64,000 nucleotides of DNA from a virus: the IMG/VR virus record IMGVR_UViG_3300047300_000501, positions 1-64,000 of that record; one strand, 5' to 3'. Below the pieces are notes generated by a model. That model saw only the letters and a program-made list of their open reading frames with translations. It had not been told where the DNA came from and did not search any database. Every line of letters begins with the position of its first letter. Position 1 is the first letter of the stretch. Position numbers and translations under genes: made by a program. Shown here piece after piece: positions 28,842 through 39,575 of this stretch.

Positions 28842-29372
28842 ATGGAGGACTACGTGTCACAGATACATCACTTTAAGGCATTCATGAAGCCAGAAGATGC
28901 TGAAAAAATACATCAGCATGCTGTAAAGTTTAGTGATAGTTTTAATATGCATGGAAACAATGAAAAAGAATTTAAGGTCTACACCTATCATGAGATTGAA
29001 AAAGATGATAGACAAATTTTAGATCTTATGCAGTATTATGCCCTTAAGGTTTATAATCATGTAAAAGAAACATATGGTGGTCCATTCTTAGAATTCAATC
29101 CACACAAAACACACTTTGCACGTTTTGAAGAGGGACACGGAATGCATAGTCACTACGATGCTTCTAGGCCAAATGATATTGCTACTGTTTTATATTTAAA
29201 TAGTAACTACGATGGAGGAGAGATTTATTTTCCAGAGTATAACATAGAAATAAAGCCAGAGCCAGGAGATCTTCTATGTTTTCCAGATGAACCACACTTT
29301 GTTCATGGGGTAAAGCCAATTCTTAAGGGTACTAGATATACAACACCACGCTGGTTTCCACGCATAGTATGA
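28842..29372 (+). CDS. 2OG-Fe(II) dioxygenase, prolyl 4-hydroxylase-like
   Basis: HYD...YLNSNYDGGEIYF...FP...HGVKPI.KGTRY. Confidence 0.85.
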   Translation: MEDYVSQIHHFKAFMKPEDAEKIHQHAVKFSDSFNMHGNNEKEFKVYTYHEIEKDDRQILDLMQYYALKVYNHVKETYGGPFLEFNPHKTHFARFEEGHGMHSHYDASRPNDIATVLYLNSNYDGGEIYFPEYNIEIKPEPGDLLCFPDEPHFVHGVKPILKGTRYTTPRWFPRIV

Positions 29373-29387
29373 TAAAATAGACTTACA

Positions 29388-32300
29388 ATGTCTAGTCCAT
29401 CAAATCTATATGCAGAAAAGGTGTTTGCAGAACACCCAATGGCTTTATGGGCTCTAGATGACAAGGTAGATTATGTTTCTTTAATATCAGAAAATCAAAG
29501 AAACCTTTCTTCTTGGACTGTATCAAACGCACTAGTATCTTCCTCACCGTCTACTGTTGATGAGCCATTTATATCAAGCAATGTAACAAAATTAACTGGA
29601 CAAAGTTCAAATGGTATTTACACTGTTATTGAGTGTATTGGTCCAGACCTTTTTAACTTTCAAGACCTAAACCATGATCTTGGAACTTTTGCTGTTGGCT
29701 CTTATATTTATTCTTTAAACCCTTACATAGTTGGATTAGACATAGGGTACGAATACTATGATTCAACCACTGGCTCTAATATACAAAACTTAAAGCACTA
29801 CGATACATCAGTATATGATAAGTGGCTTTTTATTTCAGAAACTTTTCACATCCCATCAGACAATGTTGAGATGAGACCAGTATTAAAAATAACTTATATA
29901 AATAGTGATACCGAAGATGCACCATATGAATTTCTTGTTAATGGTATTACCGTAGGACAGTGGTCAGAAGAATTTAATTCTGTATCTTTGGGTGTTGATC
30001 AAATATCTTTGCCAACTAAGATTAATCTTCCTTCTTTAAGTGGTGTAGAAGCAAAAGCATATGGGTTGCAAGAAAGTTCTGGTTACTATATTTTAGATCA
30101 ATCATCTTTATGTGCAAAAAATTCTGGTGTCCCAATGGTTTATGGAGCATCAAATAATACAATTATTATTCCTAACTCAAACTTGTATCCAGGATTAATT
30201 ATTCCTGGTCAAGGATTCTTAAACAACTCTGGTAAGTTTAAAGAATATACAGCAGAGATGTGGATAAGAGTTAATTCAAGTTCTACCACATTAAAAAGAA
30301 TTTTTGGACCTATAGCGTCTGATGATGGCATCTATGTAGATGGACCTTTTATTAAACTAAAGATTTCTGATAACATTGGGTCATTTTGTGTAGGACAGTG
30401 GACAAGGCCAATGTTGCTTCATATAAGAATTACTAAAAATTCTGCAAGTTTGCTTATTAATGGAGAACAAGTAATATCGTTAGATTTTATAACAGAGAAT
30501 TTGTCATTTCCAGATAAAGAGGTAAATGGAAAAGACAATGATTGGCTAGGGTTTTATGCACACGATGATGTGTCTCCTCTAGAATTAGATTGTGTTGCTA
30601 TATATCCTTATCAGGTTCCTATTCTTGTAGCAAAAAGAAGATTTGTTTATGGTCAAGGTGTAGAGATACCAGAAAATATTAATAGTGCGTATAGCGGTAC
30701 ATCTGTCTTCATTGACTATCCATTTGCAGATTATGCAAATAACTATATGTACCCTGATATTGGTAAATGGTCACAAGGAATAGTTGACAATCTTGCTATA
30801 GAAAATAACGTACTTTCATTACCAAACTATGCTCTCCCAACTTTTGTTTCGAGTTCAAAAACTCTTGCTCAGTTTAATAATGATAACTATACAATACAAA
30901 ATGAAGACCAGAACTTTATCTGTTTGTCTCCAAACAGCACATGGAACTCAACTAATTCCTATTTAATTTTTGACAGCATCAATCCAATTGCTGAAGAAAC
31001 CGCTGCAATATATGGTGTTTTTAAGTATACACAATTAGATAGTACAGAAAAAACCCTTATTAGGATAGAAGATCAGGTAAGCGGAAATTATCTTTCAATT
31101 AATCTGCAAGACAGTACACTTAAATACGTGTTGCAAATAGGTACAGAGAAAACTACAGTTTATGAGACTAGTGGAGTATTATTGGGAGACCATTTTACTG
31201 CTGGAATTAATTTAGAAAAATTTTCTAATTACTACGGAGGAGATGTTGCATCTTTACTTGGCAACCGATCAACTTTACGTGTATATGTAGGTGGAGATAA
31301 AGATCTCTCTAACACATTTAAAGGAAACATATATAAAGTTGTTTTTGACAATGCAAGAAATTTTGTAAGTGTTTCAGACCTCTTTAATGAATCTGGAGTT
31401 CCAAAAGAATATGAGAATATTTTTAATCAGTACGATACATCAGTTTTATATGATGCGGGAGATTCATATTTTGGAGAGAATCCAAGTTTTTGGCAATATA
31501 TTTTAGATGGTGGAAGCCCATCATCTTTTGTAACGGTAAGAGTTTCAGAGCATAGGGGAAGTTATGAACTGGTTGGATCCACTAACTTTGACCTATTTAG
31601 TTTAGACATTAATGTTTCTAGTTCGTGGGAAGACAATATTCCACTTACATATTTTGCTAAATATGTAACAGATGCCAAAGGCAAAGAGGTTTACGATTTA
31701 GACTTTTTGCAATTTAATATTAACTATCCAGCCCCAATTAAATATATTGAGTTTGGAGAGTATACAAGTTGGACATATGCAGAACTAATGTCAAGATACT
31801 CTACTCCAATTCAAAGAACATATTCATCCCTTGACAATCATTTGTATACTGGCTATAACAACTACTCAGATCTTTTGACTAAGTCATCAAAGAAGTATAG
31901 TTTGGATACTAAAAAATCTTTAGTAAGATCTTATATTTCTTTTCAGTATACTGCAGATGGTGCAAATTCAAACATGAATTCATTTAAGTATTCTGTCAGA
32001 CCAGATGTTAATACTGTAGTAAAGCCAGGAACTTATGTTGTTGATAGGGATGAACAAGGAAATGATATATATGACAATTTTTTAAATACAAGATATGAGG
32101 TTGTTGACAATAGCATTATTTATCCACCTTCTGGAATTAATTTTAATGACCTATCTATAGTTGTGCACCTCAAGGTAGATGTTGATAGTGTGTCTAAAAA
32201 CCCACTACAGATAAGATCTTTGCAAATTGCTTCCCAAGCATTTAATGAGTCTGCTAATGAGATTGGTACTAGATTTGGTACACCTATTTATCCATATAAA

Positions 32301-33140
32301 AAAAATGGGGTTTACTATGACTACAAAACAGACAATCCGTTTAGTATTTATAAGGGAAGTTCTCCATATCTATATCTTACAAGAGATAGCGGAATTCAGG
32401 TAAGAGGAACTTTTGATCCACTTGTCAATAGAGGTTTGGCTATTCCAATTAACAAGTCTTTATCTAATGACTATAAAGTAATGGCGATGCAGGTAGCAGT
32501 CAGATATGATCAAAGTTTTTTCCCATATGCTCCCACATCAATTTTTGAGATTGAAAGCAGAAATGGTGTCATTAAGTTCTTTATGGTTGCAGATAGTCCA
32601 GAGGGTCAAAGAGCAAGGGTATATGCAATAAATGCTAATACAGGAGAACTTGAGGATGGAATTACCTTTTACTTAAATGGCAACATTGTAAATGATCCAG
32701 TATTAACAATTAAAGAATGGGCTTTCATTGGAATTTCTTTCTCTAATCTTCTTAATTTTAATAGTTTTGCTGGAGCCTTTAGGGTTAATGGCCCACTACT
32801 TGTAAACCTAATATCAAACTATAAATCAACCAACTTGCAAGAAGTTCAGACTGTTACAAGAAGGCCCTGGTTTAAGGTGAAGTATTCTGGAGCACTAGAA
32901 CTTGATTGGGATTTCTGGGATTTGGCATATAAATGGCAAGGTGTGCTAGTTTTGTCCTCTACATCCTATTATGGTGCTAACCCTTCAGACATATATAAGT
33001 CGTATGCTGGAACAAATAAAATCCTAGTTGATGACTATAACCAGGCAGAGTCTGCACCAAAAATACTTTCATTTAAAGACTATGAATATAATATTTATAG
33101 TGAAATTGAATGGCAGTCCTCAACGCAAAATGCAGTATAA
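29388..33140 (+). CDS. Large virion structural protein with LamG/ConA-like domain
   Basis: YAEKVFAEHPMALWALD; YTAEMWIR...LLINGEQV; located next to the head genes. Confidence 0.6.
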   Translation: MSSPSNLYAEKVFAEHPMALWALDDKVDYVSLISENQRNLSSWTVSNALVSSSPSTVDEPFISSNVTKLTGQSSNGIYTVIECIGPDLFNFQDLNHDLGTFAVGSYIYSLNPYIVGLDIGYEYYDSTTGSNIQNLKHYDTSVYDKWLFISETFHIPSDNVEMRPVLKITYINSDTEDAPYEFLVNGITVGQWSEEFNSVSLGVDQISLPTKINLPSLSGVEAKAYGLQESSGYYILDQSSLCAKNSGVPMVYGASNNTIIIPNSNLYPGLIIPGQGFLNNSGKFKEYTAEMWIRVNSSSTTLKRIFGPIASDDGIYVDGPFIKLKISDNIGSFCVGQWTRPMLLHIRITKNSASLLINGEQVISLDFITENLSFPDKEVNGKDNDWLGFYAHDDVSPLELDCVAIYPYQVPILVAKRRFVYGQGVEIPENINSAYSGTSVFIDYPFADYANNYMYPDIGKWSQGIVDNLAIENNVLSLPNYALPTFVSSSKTLAQFNNDNYTIQNEDQNFICLSPNSTWNSTNSYLIFDSINPIAEETAAIYGVFKYTQLDSTEKTLIRIEDQVSGNYLSINLQDSTLKYVLQIGTEKTTVYETSGVLLGDHFTAGINLEKFSNYYGGDVASLLGNRSTLRVYVGGDKDLSNTFKGNIYKVVFDNARNFVSVSDLFNESGVPKEYENIFNQYDTSVLYDAGDSYFGENPSFWQYILDGGSPSSFVTVRVSEHRGSYELVGSTNFDLFSLDINVSSSWEDNIPLTYFAKYVTDAKGKEVYDLDFLQFNINYPAPIKYIEFGEYTSWTYAELMSRYSTPIQRTYSSLDNHLYTGYNNYSDLLTKSSKKYSLDTKKSLVRSYISFQYTADGANSNMNSFKYSVRPDVNTVVKPGTYVVDRDEQGNDIYDNFLNTRYEVVDNSIIYPPSGINFNDLSIVVHLKVDVDSVSKNPLQIRSLQIASQAFNESANEIGTRFGTPIYPYKKNGVYYDYKTDNPFSIYKGSSPYLYLTRDSGIQVRGTFDPLVNRGLAIPINKSLSNDYKVMAMQVAVRYDQSFFPYAPTSIFEIESRNGVIKFFMVADSPEGQRARVYAINANTGELEDGITFYLNGNIVNDPVLTIKEWAFIGISFSNLLNFNSFAGAFRVNGPLLVNLISNYKSTNLQEVQTVTRRPWFKVKYSGALELDWDFWDLAYKWQGVLVLSSTSYYGANPSDIYKSYAGTNKILVDDYNQAESAPKILSFKDYEYNIYSEIEWQSSTQNAV

Positions 33141-33158
33141 TATGGTATACTTATGGTT

Positions 33159-33563
33159 ATGAATCTTGAAAATCCTAATAAAAAGCGTAAACAGTTGCCC
33201 AAAATGAAGGGGCAAGTTGGTGAATCTAAGGTAAAAGTCATTGAAAAGCACTATGACTGGGGCTTGTATGTATACAAAAAAGCAAATGGTAAATGGTTCA
33301 CTGATGGCAATGGGTCAATTTTAAACATTGAGTCAATGAAGGGTGATATTACTCAGATTGCAAAATTAAGAGATGCTGCAAAGTACTACGGTGATGAGGG
33401 TGATGGAACATGTGTGTTTGTGCCAGGACTTACAAGAATTACAGAAGAAGAGTATTCAGAGCAAAAAGATAGACTAGCACAAGGACTTATCCCATCTATG
33501 AATGACCTTGGTGCTTGGAAGGCTGCTCAAGATACACATGATAAGTATGGAAGTGACGATTAA
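33159..33563 (+). CDS. Hypothetical protein upstream of portal
   Basis: ORF track 33153; TGGTATACT 7 nt before ATG 33159. Confidence 0.65.
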   Translation: MNLENPNKKRKQLPKMKGQVGESKVKVIEKHYDWGLYVYKKANGKWFTDGNGSILNIESMKGDITQIAKLRDAAKYYGDEGDGTCVFVPGLTRITEEEYSEQKDRLAQGLIPSMNDLGAWKAAQDTHDKYGSDD

Positions 33564-35170
33564 TGTCTGAAGAGAACGAATATATAATTGGTGCATCTGT
33601 AGATAATTTTCCAGAAGCATCTGATATTTTTAAAGAGCAAGATCCATTTAACAAGACATGGGATGACCTAAAAGCCTTATCTGGTTTAGATAACAATTTT
33701 AAAAGAAGAGCAGCACGTATTGCTAAAGGCGAGGTAACTCCGCAATATCTGGAAAGTTCTTTAGCAGTTAAGTCTGGAAAAGACGGGGCAAAATCAAAAG
33801 AGATTAACCCTGGAAGCATCTATAGAAATGGCTATGGTCTCTTTGATGTTATTACACCACCATGGAATCTTTATGAACTTGCAAACTTCTACGATACATC
33901 TTTTGCAAACCATGCAGCGATTGATGCAAAGGTAGAAAATATTGTTGGCCTTGGTTATGACTTTGAAATCTCTCCAAGAACAATGGTAAAGTTAGAAACA
34001 GCACAACCACAGACTGCATCAAATGCTCGTAAAAGAATTGAACGTGCAAAGATTGAATTAACTGATTGGCTTGAAAGTTTAAATACAGAAGATTCTTTTA
34101 CAACAATAATGGAAAAAATTTATACAGATGTTCAGGCAACTGGTAACGGGTATCTTGAAGTTGGAAGAACAGTTGCTGGACAGATTGGATATATTGGACA
34201 CATCCCAGCAGTAACTATGAGAGTCCGTCGCTTACGAGATGGGTTTGTTCAGGTCATTGGAAATAAGGTTGTTTACTTTAGAAACTTTGGTGCAAAAAAT
34301 CCAAACCCAGTAACATCAGACACAAGACCAAACGAGATTATTCATTTTAAGGAATACTCACCACTAAATACTTTTTATGGTGTACCAGATATTATTTCAG
34401 CAATTAATGCATTGCATGGAGACATGCTTGCGTCACAATACAACATTGATTACTTTAGCAATAAGGCCGTACCTCGTTATGTTGTAACTCTTAAGGGTGC
34501 AAAACTTTCTGGGGAAGCAGAAGACAAGATGTTCAGATTCTTACAAACAGGAATGAAGGGACAAAATCATAGAACCCTTTATATTCCACTTCCAGGAGAC
34601 TCTGATACTAATAAGGTAGAGTTTGAAATGAAGCCAATTGAAAATGGAGTTCAAGAAGGATCATTTGAAAAGTATCGTAAGCAAAATCGTGATGACATTC
34701 TTGTTGCTCACCAGGTTCCTCTTTCTAAACTTGGCGGGGGTGACTCAAATGCAATCGCAGCAGCATTAGCACAAGATAGAACATTTAAAGAGCAAGTTGC
34801 AAGACCTGCACAGAGAGAACTAGAAAAGCCAATCAATAAGATTATTCGTGAACAAACAGACATTCTGCAGTTTAAGTTTAATGAGTTAACTTTGACTGAC
34901 GAAATTGCTCAATCACAAATTCTTGAAAGATATGTTAAGAATCAGATTATGGTTCCTAATGAAGCAAGAACTATTTTGGGTATGCCACAAAGAAGTGGTG
35001 GTGATCAGCCTCTTGAACTTAAGCCACAACAGGCTGCAGACGCAACAACTCAAAGGGCACGTGACACAGAAAGATCTAATAACCAGTCTGATAGTACAGC
35101 AACAGTTTCTGGTCGTAACCCCAAGGGCGAAGGTCGGAAATCTGACGAACTGTCTGAATTGTCCGAATAG
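33563..35170 (+). CDS. Portal protein
   Basis: TGNGYLEV, NEIIHFK..SP...FYGVPD, YFSNKAVP, PNEAR..LG. Confidence 0.9.
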   Translation: MSEENEYIIGASVDNFPEASDIFKEQDPFNKTWDDLKALSGLDNNFKRRAARIAKGEVTPQYLESSLAVKSGKDGAKSKEINPGSIYRNGYGLFDVITPPWNLYELANFYDTSFANHAAIDAKVENIVGLGYDFEISPRTMVKLETAQPQTASNARKRIERAKIELTDWLESLNTEDSFTTIMEKIYTDVQATGNGYLEVGRTVAGQIGYIGHIPAVTMRVRRLRDGFVQVIGNKVVYFRNFGAKNPNPVTSDTRPNEIIHFKEYSPLNTFYGVPDIISAINALHGDMLASQYNIDYFSNKAVPRYVVTLKGAKLSGEAEDKMFRFLQTGMKGQNHRTLYIPLPGDSDTNKVEFEMKPIENGVQEGSFEKYRKQNRDDILVAHQVPLSKLGGGDSNAIAAALAQDRTFKEQVARPAQRELEKPINKIIREQTDILQFKFNELTLTDEIAQSQILERYVKNQIMVPNEARTILGMPQRSGGDQPLELKPQQAADATTQRARDTERSNNQSDSTATVSGRNPKGEGRKSDELSELSE

Positions 35171-35202
35171 TAAGATATTGTAAAAAAGGGGTTTATAATA
35201 TA

Positions 35203-36513
35203 ATGGTGAGCAATATAACCAAGGCCCATTGGAATTCAGATGGGGAAAATTTACGTCTTTCTATGCCTTTTAGTAAGGTTGACAAGGAAAGAAGAATCGT
35301 ATCTGGGTTTGCATCTCTAGATAACATTGACAAGCAAAATGATATCGTAACAGCAGAAGCATCTATGAAGGCTTTTGCAAAGTTCCGTGGTAATATTCGT
35401 GAAATGCATCAGCCATTAGCAGTAGGCAAGATGATTAACTTTAAAGAAGATAAGTACTTTGATCCAGAATCTAAGAAATTTTATTCTGGTGTTTTTGTTT
35501 CTGCATATGTTTCAAAGGGTGCACAAGATACTTGGGAAAAGGTTCTTGACGGAACACTAACTGGATTTTCAATTGGCGGAAGAATGAATAAGTGGGATGA
35601 CGGTTATGATGAGAAGTCTGATACACAAATTAGAATTATTAAGGAATATGATTTAGTAGAGTTGAGTCTTGTAGATTCACCAGCAAATCAGTTTGCAAAT
35701 ATCGTATCAGTAGAAAAGGTTGACGGCGTGGATGTAGTTAAAGCAGATGAGACAGTTCTAGAGAATGTTTTTTATGATAAAGAAGCAGGACTTGTAATGG
35801 TTTCAGAAAACGAGTCAGAGTTAAACCCAGTAACTGGTAATCCAATGGAAAATATAGGTTTCGTTGAAAAAACGGATAACGAAAAAACAAACATGATAAA
35901 GTTCTTAGTTGATAGTGCTAAAGGCATTAATACTTCTAAGATTAACAAGGAGGTCAATCCTATGACAGAAGCAACAAATGAAGTAGTAGAAGAAATCGTT
36001 GAGAAATCAGATGCTACAGTTGTAGAAACACAGGTCGCTCCAGAGGCTATTGTCGAAGAATCAACAGATGCAGAAAAGGCTATGAAGCCACATGCAGATG
36101 AAGAGACTCCTGCTGAAGATGCTGGTGAAAAGCCAGGAGATGAAGAGGAAGAAGACAAGGCAAAGAAGTCAGATGATATTGCAGCAGTAGTTGCAGATAT
36201 CAAGGACAATCTTACAACAGCCTTTAGCGATCTATTATCAACAGTTAAGTCTTTGCAGGCAGAAGTAGAACTTCTTAAGTCTACAAAGGTCGATGTTGAC
36301 GCAGTAAAGGATTCATTCGAAGCAGTTGCAAAAGATATTGCATCAGCACGAGTTGAATTTAATGAGTTTGGTAAGCGTGTAGATGCTGTAGAAGCAGACA
36401 CCGCTTTCCGAAAGTCTGGCGATCTCGGAGAGATTGTTCAAGACCAACCAGAGATGGTTGAAAAATCCCTATGGGGCGGACGTTTCCTCAAAACAACCGA
36501 TCTATTTAGTTAG
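35203..36513 (+). CDS. Prohead protease fused to an acidic scaffold
   Basis: RIVSGFAS..IDKQND, IREMH, TGFSIGG, ELSLVDSPAN; acidic coiled-coil C-half. Confidence 0.85.
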   Translation: MVSNITKAHWNSDGENLRLSMPFSKVDKERRIVSGFASLDNIDKQNDIVTAEASMKAFAKFRGNIREMHQPLAVGKMINFKEDKYFDPESKKFYSGVFVSAYVSKGAQDTWEKVLDGTLTGFSIGGRMNKWDDGYDEKSDTQIRIIKEYDLVELSLVDSPANQFANIVSVEKVDGVDVVKADETVLENVFYDKEAGLVMVSENESELNPVTGNPMENIGFVEKTDNEKTNMIKFLVDSAKGINTSKINKEVNPMTEATNEVVEEIVEKSDATVVETQVAPEAIVEESTDAEKAMKPHADEETPAEDAGEKPGDEEEEDKAKKSDDIAAVVADIKDNLTTAFSDLLSTVKSLQAEVELLKSTKVDVDAVKDSFEAVAKDIASARVEFNEFGKRVDAVEADTAFRKSGDLGEIVQDQPEMVEKSLWGGRFLKTTDLFS

Positions 36514-36534
36514 AAATCACTTGGAGGTGAAATA

Positions 36535-37683
36535 ATGTCAGAAGAAATTAAGAAAAATCAGCCAGGTACATCTGGTAACATCGGTGGAACAGCACCAGGA
36601 CTCTATCAGGGTCAAGGCGCTTTTGCATCAGGATCAGACGCAGCAGCAAACGTACCAGGTAACTACACCGACGGTGGAGCACTAGGAAACATTCCTACAG
36701 CACTCCTCGGTACTACAGATGGACCAAACGCAGTCAATCCTTCAGGTGATGCCGCTAGCGGAATCCTTCGCCCTGAACAAGCACGTCAGTTTATTGACTA
36801 CGTGTGGGATGCAACTATCCTCGCTCAAGATGGACGTAGAGTCACAATGAGAGCGAACACCATGGAACTTGAAAAAGTTAACGTTGGTGAGCGTGTAATC
36901 CGTTCTGCTGCTCAAGCAATCGGTGATTACACCAACGCTGGAGCAACCTTCTCAAAGGTCGAACTTACAACAAAGAAGATTCGTCTTGACTGGGAAGTAA
37001 CAGCAGAAGCACTTGAAGATAATATCGAAGGTGCAGCACTTGAAGATCACATTGTTCGTCTTATGACAAACGCATTCGGTAATGATATCGAAGATCTTGC
37101 AATCAATGGTACAGGAGACTCTGCAGACGGAGCATTCCTTGGAATCATGAACGGTTTCGTAAACCGTGTAAAGACAGAAGGAGATGCTCATGAAGCAATT
37201 GTCACAGTAGCAGATAATGCCTGGACACCTGAAGTCATGCAGAACATCATCCTTGCAATGCCACGCAAGTATCGTGCTCTCAAGAACAACCTAAAGTTCT
37301 ATGTTGGTACAGATGCATTCCAAGGTATCGTTAAGCATAACGGTACTCTTGCAGATGCAATCGCTGAAGCATTTGCTGGTACTCCAGCAGGTACTCCTGC
37401 AAACCGTCAGGCATACCTTGATGGTAATGGACAGACATTCGGTGGAGCACGTACAACTCGTGTTCTCGGAGTAGACGTTCAGGAAGTTCCATACTACCCT
37501 GCAGGATATGTCGATTTGACATTCCCACAGAACCGTGTATGGGGATTCCAGCGTGACATCACTGTAAACCGTGAATACAAGCCAAAGAAGGATACTGTAG
37601 AATACACAGTCTTCGTTCGCTTTGGTATTCAGTGGGAAGAGCAGGATGCAATCGCATTCGCTGACGCTGCAGCAGACGCATAA
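36535..37683 (+). CDS. Major capsid protein (HK97 fold)
   Basis: GILRPEQARQFID, ELTTKKIRLDWEVT.EALEDNIEG, DLAING; strong SD, biased codons, downstream terminator. Confidence 0.9.
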   Translation: MSEEIKKNQPGTSGNIGGTAPGLYQGQGAFASGSDAAANVPGNYTDGGALGNIPTALLGTTDGPNAVNPSGDAASGILRPEQARQFIDYVWDATILAQDGRRVTMRANTMELEKVNVGERVIRSAAQAIGDYTNAGATFSKVELTTKKIRLDWEVTAEALEDNIEGAALEDHIVRLMTNAFGNDIEDLAINGTGDSADGAFLGIMNGFVNRVKTEGDAHEAIVTVADNAWTPEVMQNIILAMPRKYRALKNNLKFYVGTDAFQGIVKHNGTLADAIAEAFAGTPAGTPANRQAYLDGNGQTFGGARTTRVLGVDVQEVPYYPAGYVDLTFPQNRVWGFQRDITVNREYKPKKDTVEYTVFVRFGIQWEEQDAIAFADAAADA

Positions 37684-37701
37684 TCTGTAAACAGCAAAGT
37701 T

Positions 37702-37745
37702 TAGGGGGAGTAGGAGTTAACGCTCCTGCTCCCCTTAGCAATTTA
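37702..37745 (+). terminator. Hairpin terminator after the capsid gene
   Basis: GGGGAGTAGGAG / CTCCTGCTCCCC stem. Confidence 0.7.
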
Positions 37746-37774
37746 ATGATATAATACTATTTAGGAGGAATAAA

Positions 37775-38215
37775 ATGGAAAATTTAGATAACGCAGTTGA
37801 AGAAACTAAAGTCGATGCTCCTGTTGAAATTGTTGAAACTCCAGTTGTTGAAGAAGTCATCCCAGAACCAGTTAAGGTTGAAGAGGCTCCAGAAGCAGTT
37901 GAAGAGCAAGCAGTTATAGGAACAGATGCCCTTGCTGCATCTACTGCAGAAGTACAGGCAGTAGGCTCAGTGGCAGGTGGAGCAATTGGAGTTGCTTCAG
38001 CACCACGTGCTCCAAAGAAGGAAGCACCAGCAAAGAAGAAGACAGTTAAGGAAACTGTAGCACTTCACTCTACAAAGAATGTTACATGGCCAGGCGTAGG
38101 CAAGGTTTACAAAGGCTATAATATTGTAGATAAGGCTGCTGCTGATCAGTGGCTAACACGTTCACACATCCGTACCGCAACACCTGAAGAAGTCGCTAAG
38201 GAATTCGGTAAGTAA
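37775..38215 (+). CDS. Hypothetical protein (acidic N-terminus, compact C-terminal domain)
   Basis: ORF track; SD AGGAGG. Confidence 0.7.
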   Translation: MENLDNAVEETKVDAPVEIVETPVVEEVIPEPVKVEEAPEAVEEQAVIGTDALAASTAEVQAVGSVAGGAIGVASAPRAPKKEAPAKKKTVKETVALHSTKNVTWPGVGKVYKGYNIVDKAAADQWLTRSHIRTATPEEVAKEFGK

Positions 38216-38217
38216 GA

Positions 38218-39129
38218 ATGGAAGTTCTGAGAGTTCCACCTTATCCTTTAACCACTACGTGGCAACTACCTATACCTAATTATGAGTATATTGTGTATGT
38301 TGAGGATTTGGTGGACCACTCAGTTGAAGAAACAAATATTTTTTCAGATGCTAATGGTAAATTAATTTATACACTACCACTAGCAAAAGTTCAGTATGAT
38401 AGAAAACTGTTCATTAAGTTTTATGATACAGAACATGAGCATACCTTATATGAAGAAAACTTGGATATTGTAAGACCATATATTGATCCATCTAAACTTG
38501 GAACTACTGCTTCGGAAATTGCAGAGTATAAAGAATTAGAGATGTTGGCTAGATCACTTATTGACACAGTAATCACTGATGGATTCTATAATACTAAGCA
38601 CATCGTACAAAAGGTAGGAGACGGCTCTGACTATTTTTCAATTTGGGAAGACATTAATAAAGTTTTAAAGGTTTATGAAAATAACGTACTTGTTTACGAT
38701 GTAGATACGCCAGAAAGTAATTTATACGATTATATAGTAACACCAGACAATTCTGCAGTTCAAAGAGTAATTAGTGGTGTATACAATAGAATGGAACAGG
38801 GCGTTATTAATTTACCTACAGCATATGGAGATTTAGCGCACATTGGTTCATCACGCAGAACTGATTTTCCTAGAGGTGCAGACTATGTTTTTGTTTTAGA
38901 TATTGGATACCGTGCTCTTCCAGCAGATATAGAAAAAGCAGCAAAGATGCTTATTGAAGATTTAAAGTGCGGAAAGTTAGATTATTATACAAGGTCTGTA
39001 ACTTCTTATGGATCTGACCAGTATAAGATTCAGTTTGATAAGACAATGCTAGAAGGAACTGGCAATAAGATTGTTGATAGGATTCTAGAAAAATATGTAG
39101 TTACAATCCCTAAGCCAGGAATAATCTAA
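38218..39129 (+). CDS. Head-tail adaptor
   Basis: GY..LPADIEKAAKMLI; TGNKIVDRILEKY; synteny. Confidence 0.65.
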   Translation: MEVLRVPPYPLTTTWQLPIPNYEYIVYVEDLVDHSVEETNIFSDANGKLIYTLPLAKVQYDRKLFIKFYDTEHEHTLYEENLDIVRPYIDPSKLGTTASEIAEYKELEMLARSLIDTVITDGFYNTKHIVQKVGDGSDYFSIWEDINKVLKVYENNVLVYDVDTPESNLYDYIVTPDNSAVQRVISGVYNRMEQGVINLPTAYGDLAHIGSSRRTDFPRGADYVFVLDIGYRALPADIEKAAKMLIEDLKCGKLDYYTRSVTSYGSDQYKIQFDKTMLEGTGNKIVDRILEKYVVTIPKPGII

Positions 39130-39575
39130 TGGAGTGTCAGGGAAAAGACTTTATATTTCCCATGCAAGTGGATGTTTTTTATCCTATTGTAGAACAGGGA
39201 GCCTATGGAAATGTTAAGAAGCAGTGGATGCTCAATAAAACAATTGCATGCCATTTTACTACTGCTGGATTAAAGGCAAAGGAAGAGATTGTTCCAAATG
39301 TTAACATCACACAAGACACCATGCTTATTGGTAGAGTCAAGTCAGATATTAGAATTTCAAATTTGGATTCTGGCACATCGTTAACAAATGTAGTTCTTAC
39401 CAATATACAAGATAGAAACTGCAATCCTATTTATATGGAAACATCTGGAGTACGTGCAGGCAAGTCAACTATTTTTGAGGTTGCATCACAAGAACCTTTT
39501 GTTGGTCCATTTGGTAATGTTGAATATTATAAATTAGTTCTACGCAGATCTGAAAATCAGGCGGTAGACATATGA
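39129..39575 (+). CDS. Head closure/stopper protein
   Basis: Synteny; YGNVKKQW motif. Confidence 0.55.
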   Translation: MECQGKDFIFPMQVDVFYPIVEQGAYGNVKKQWMLNKTIACHFTTAGLKAKEEIVPNVNITQDTMLIGRVKSDIRISNLDSGTSLTNVVLTNIQDRNCNPIYMETSGVRAGKSTIFEVASQEPFVGPFGNVEYYKLVLRRSENQAVDI

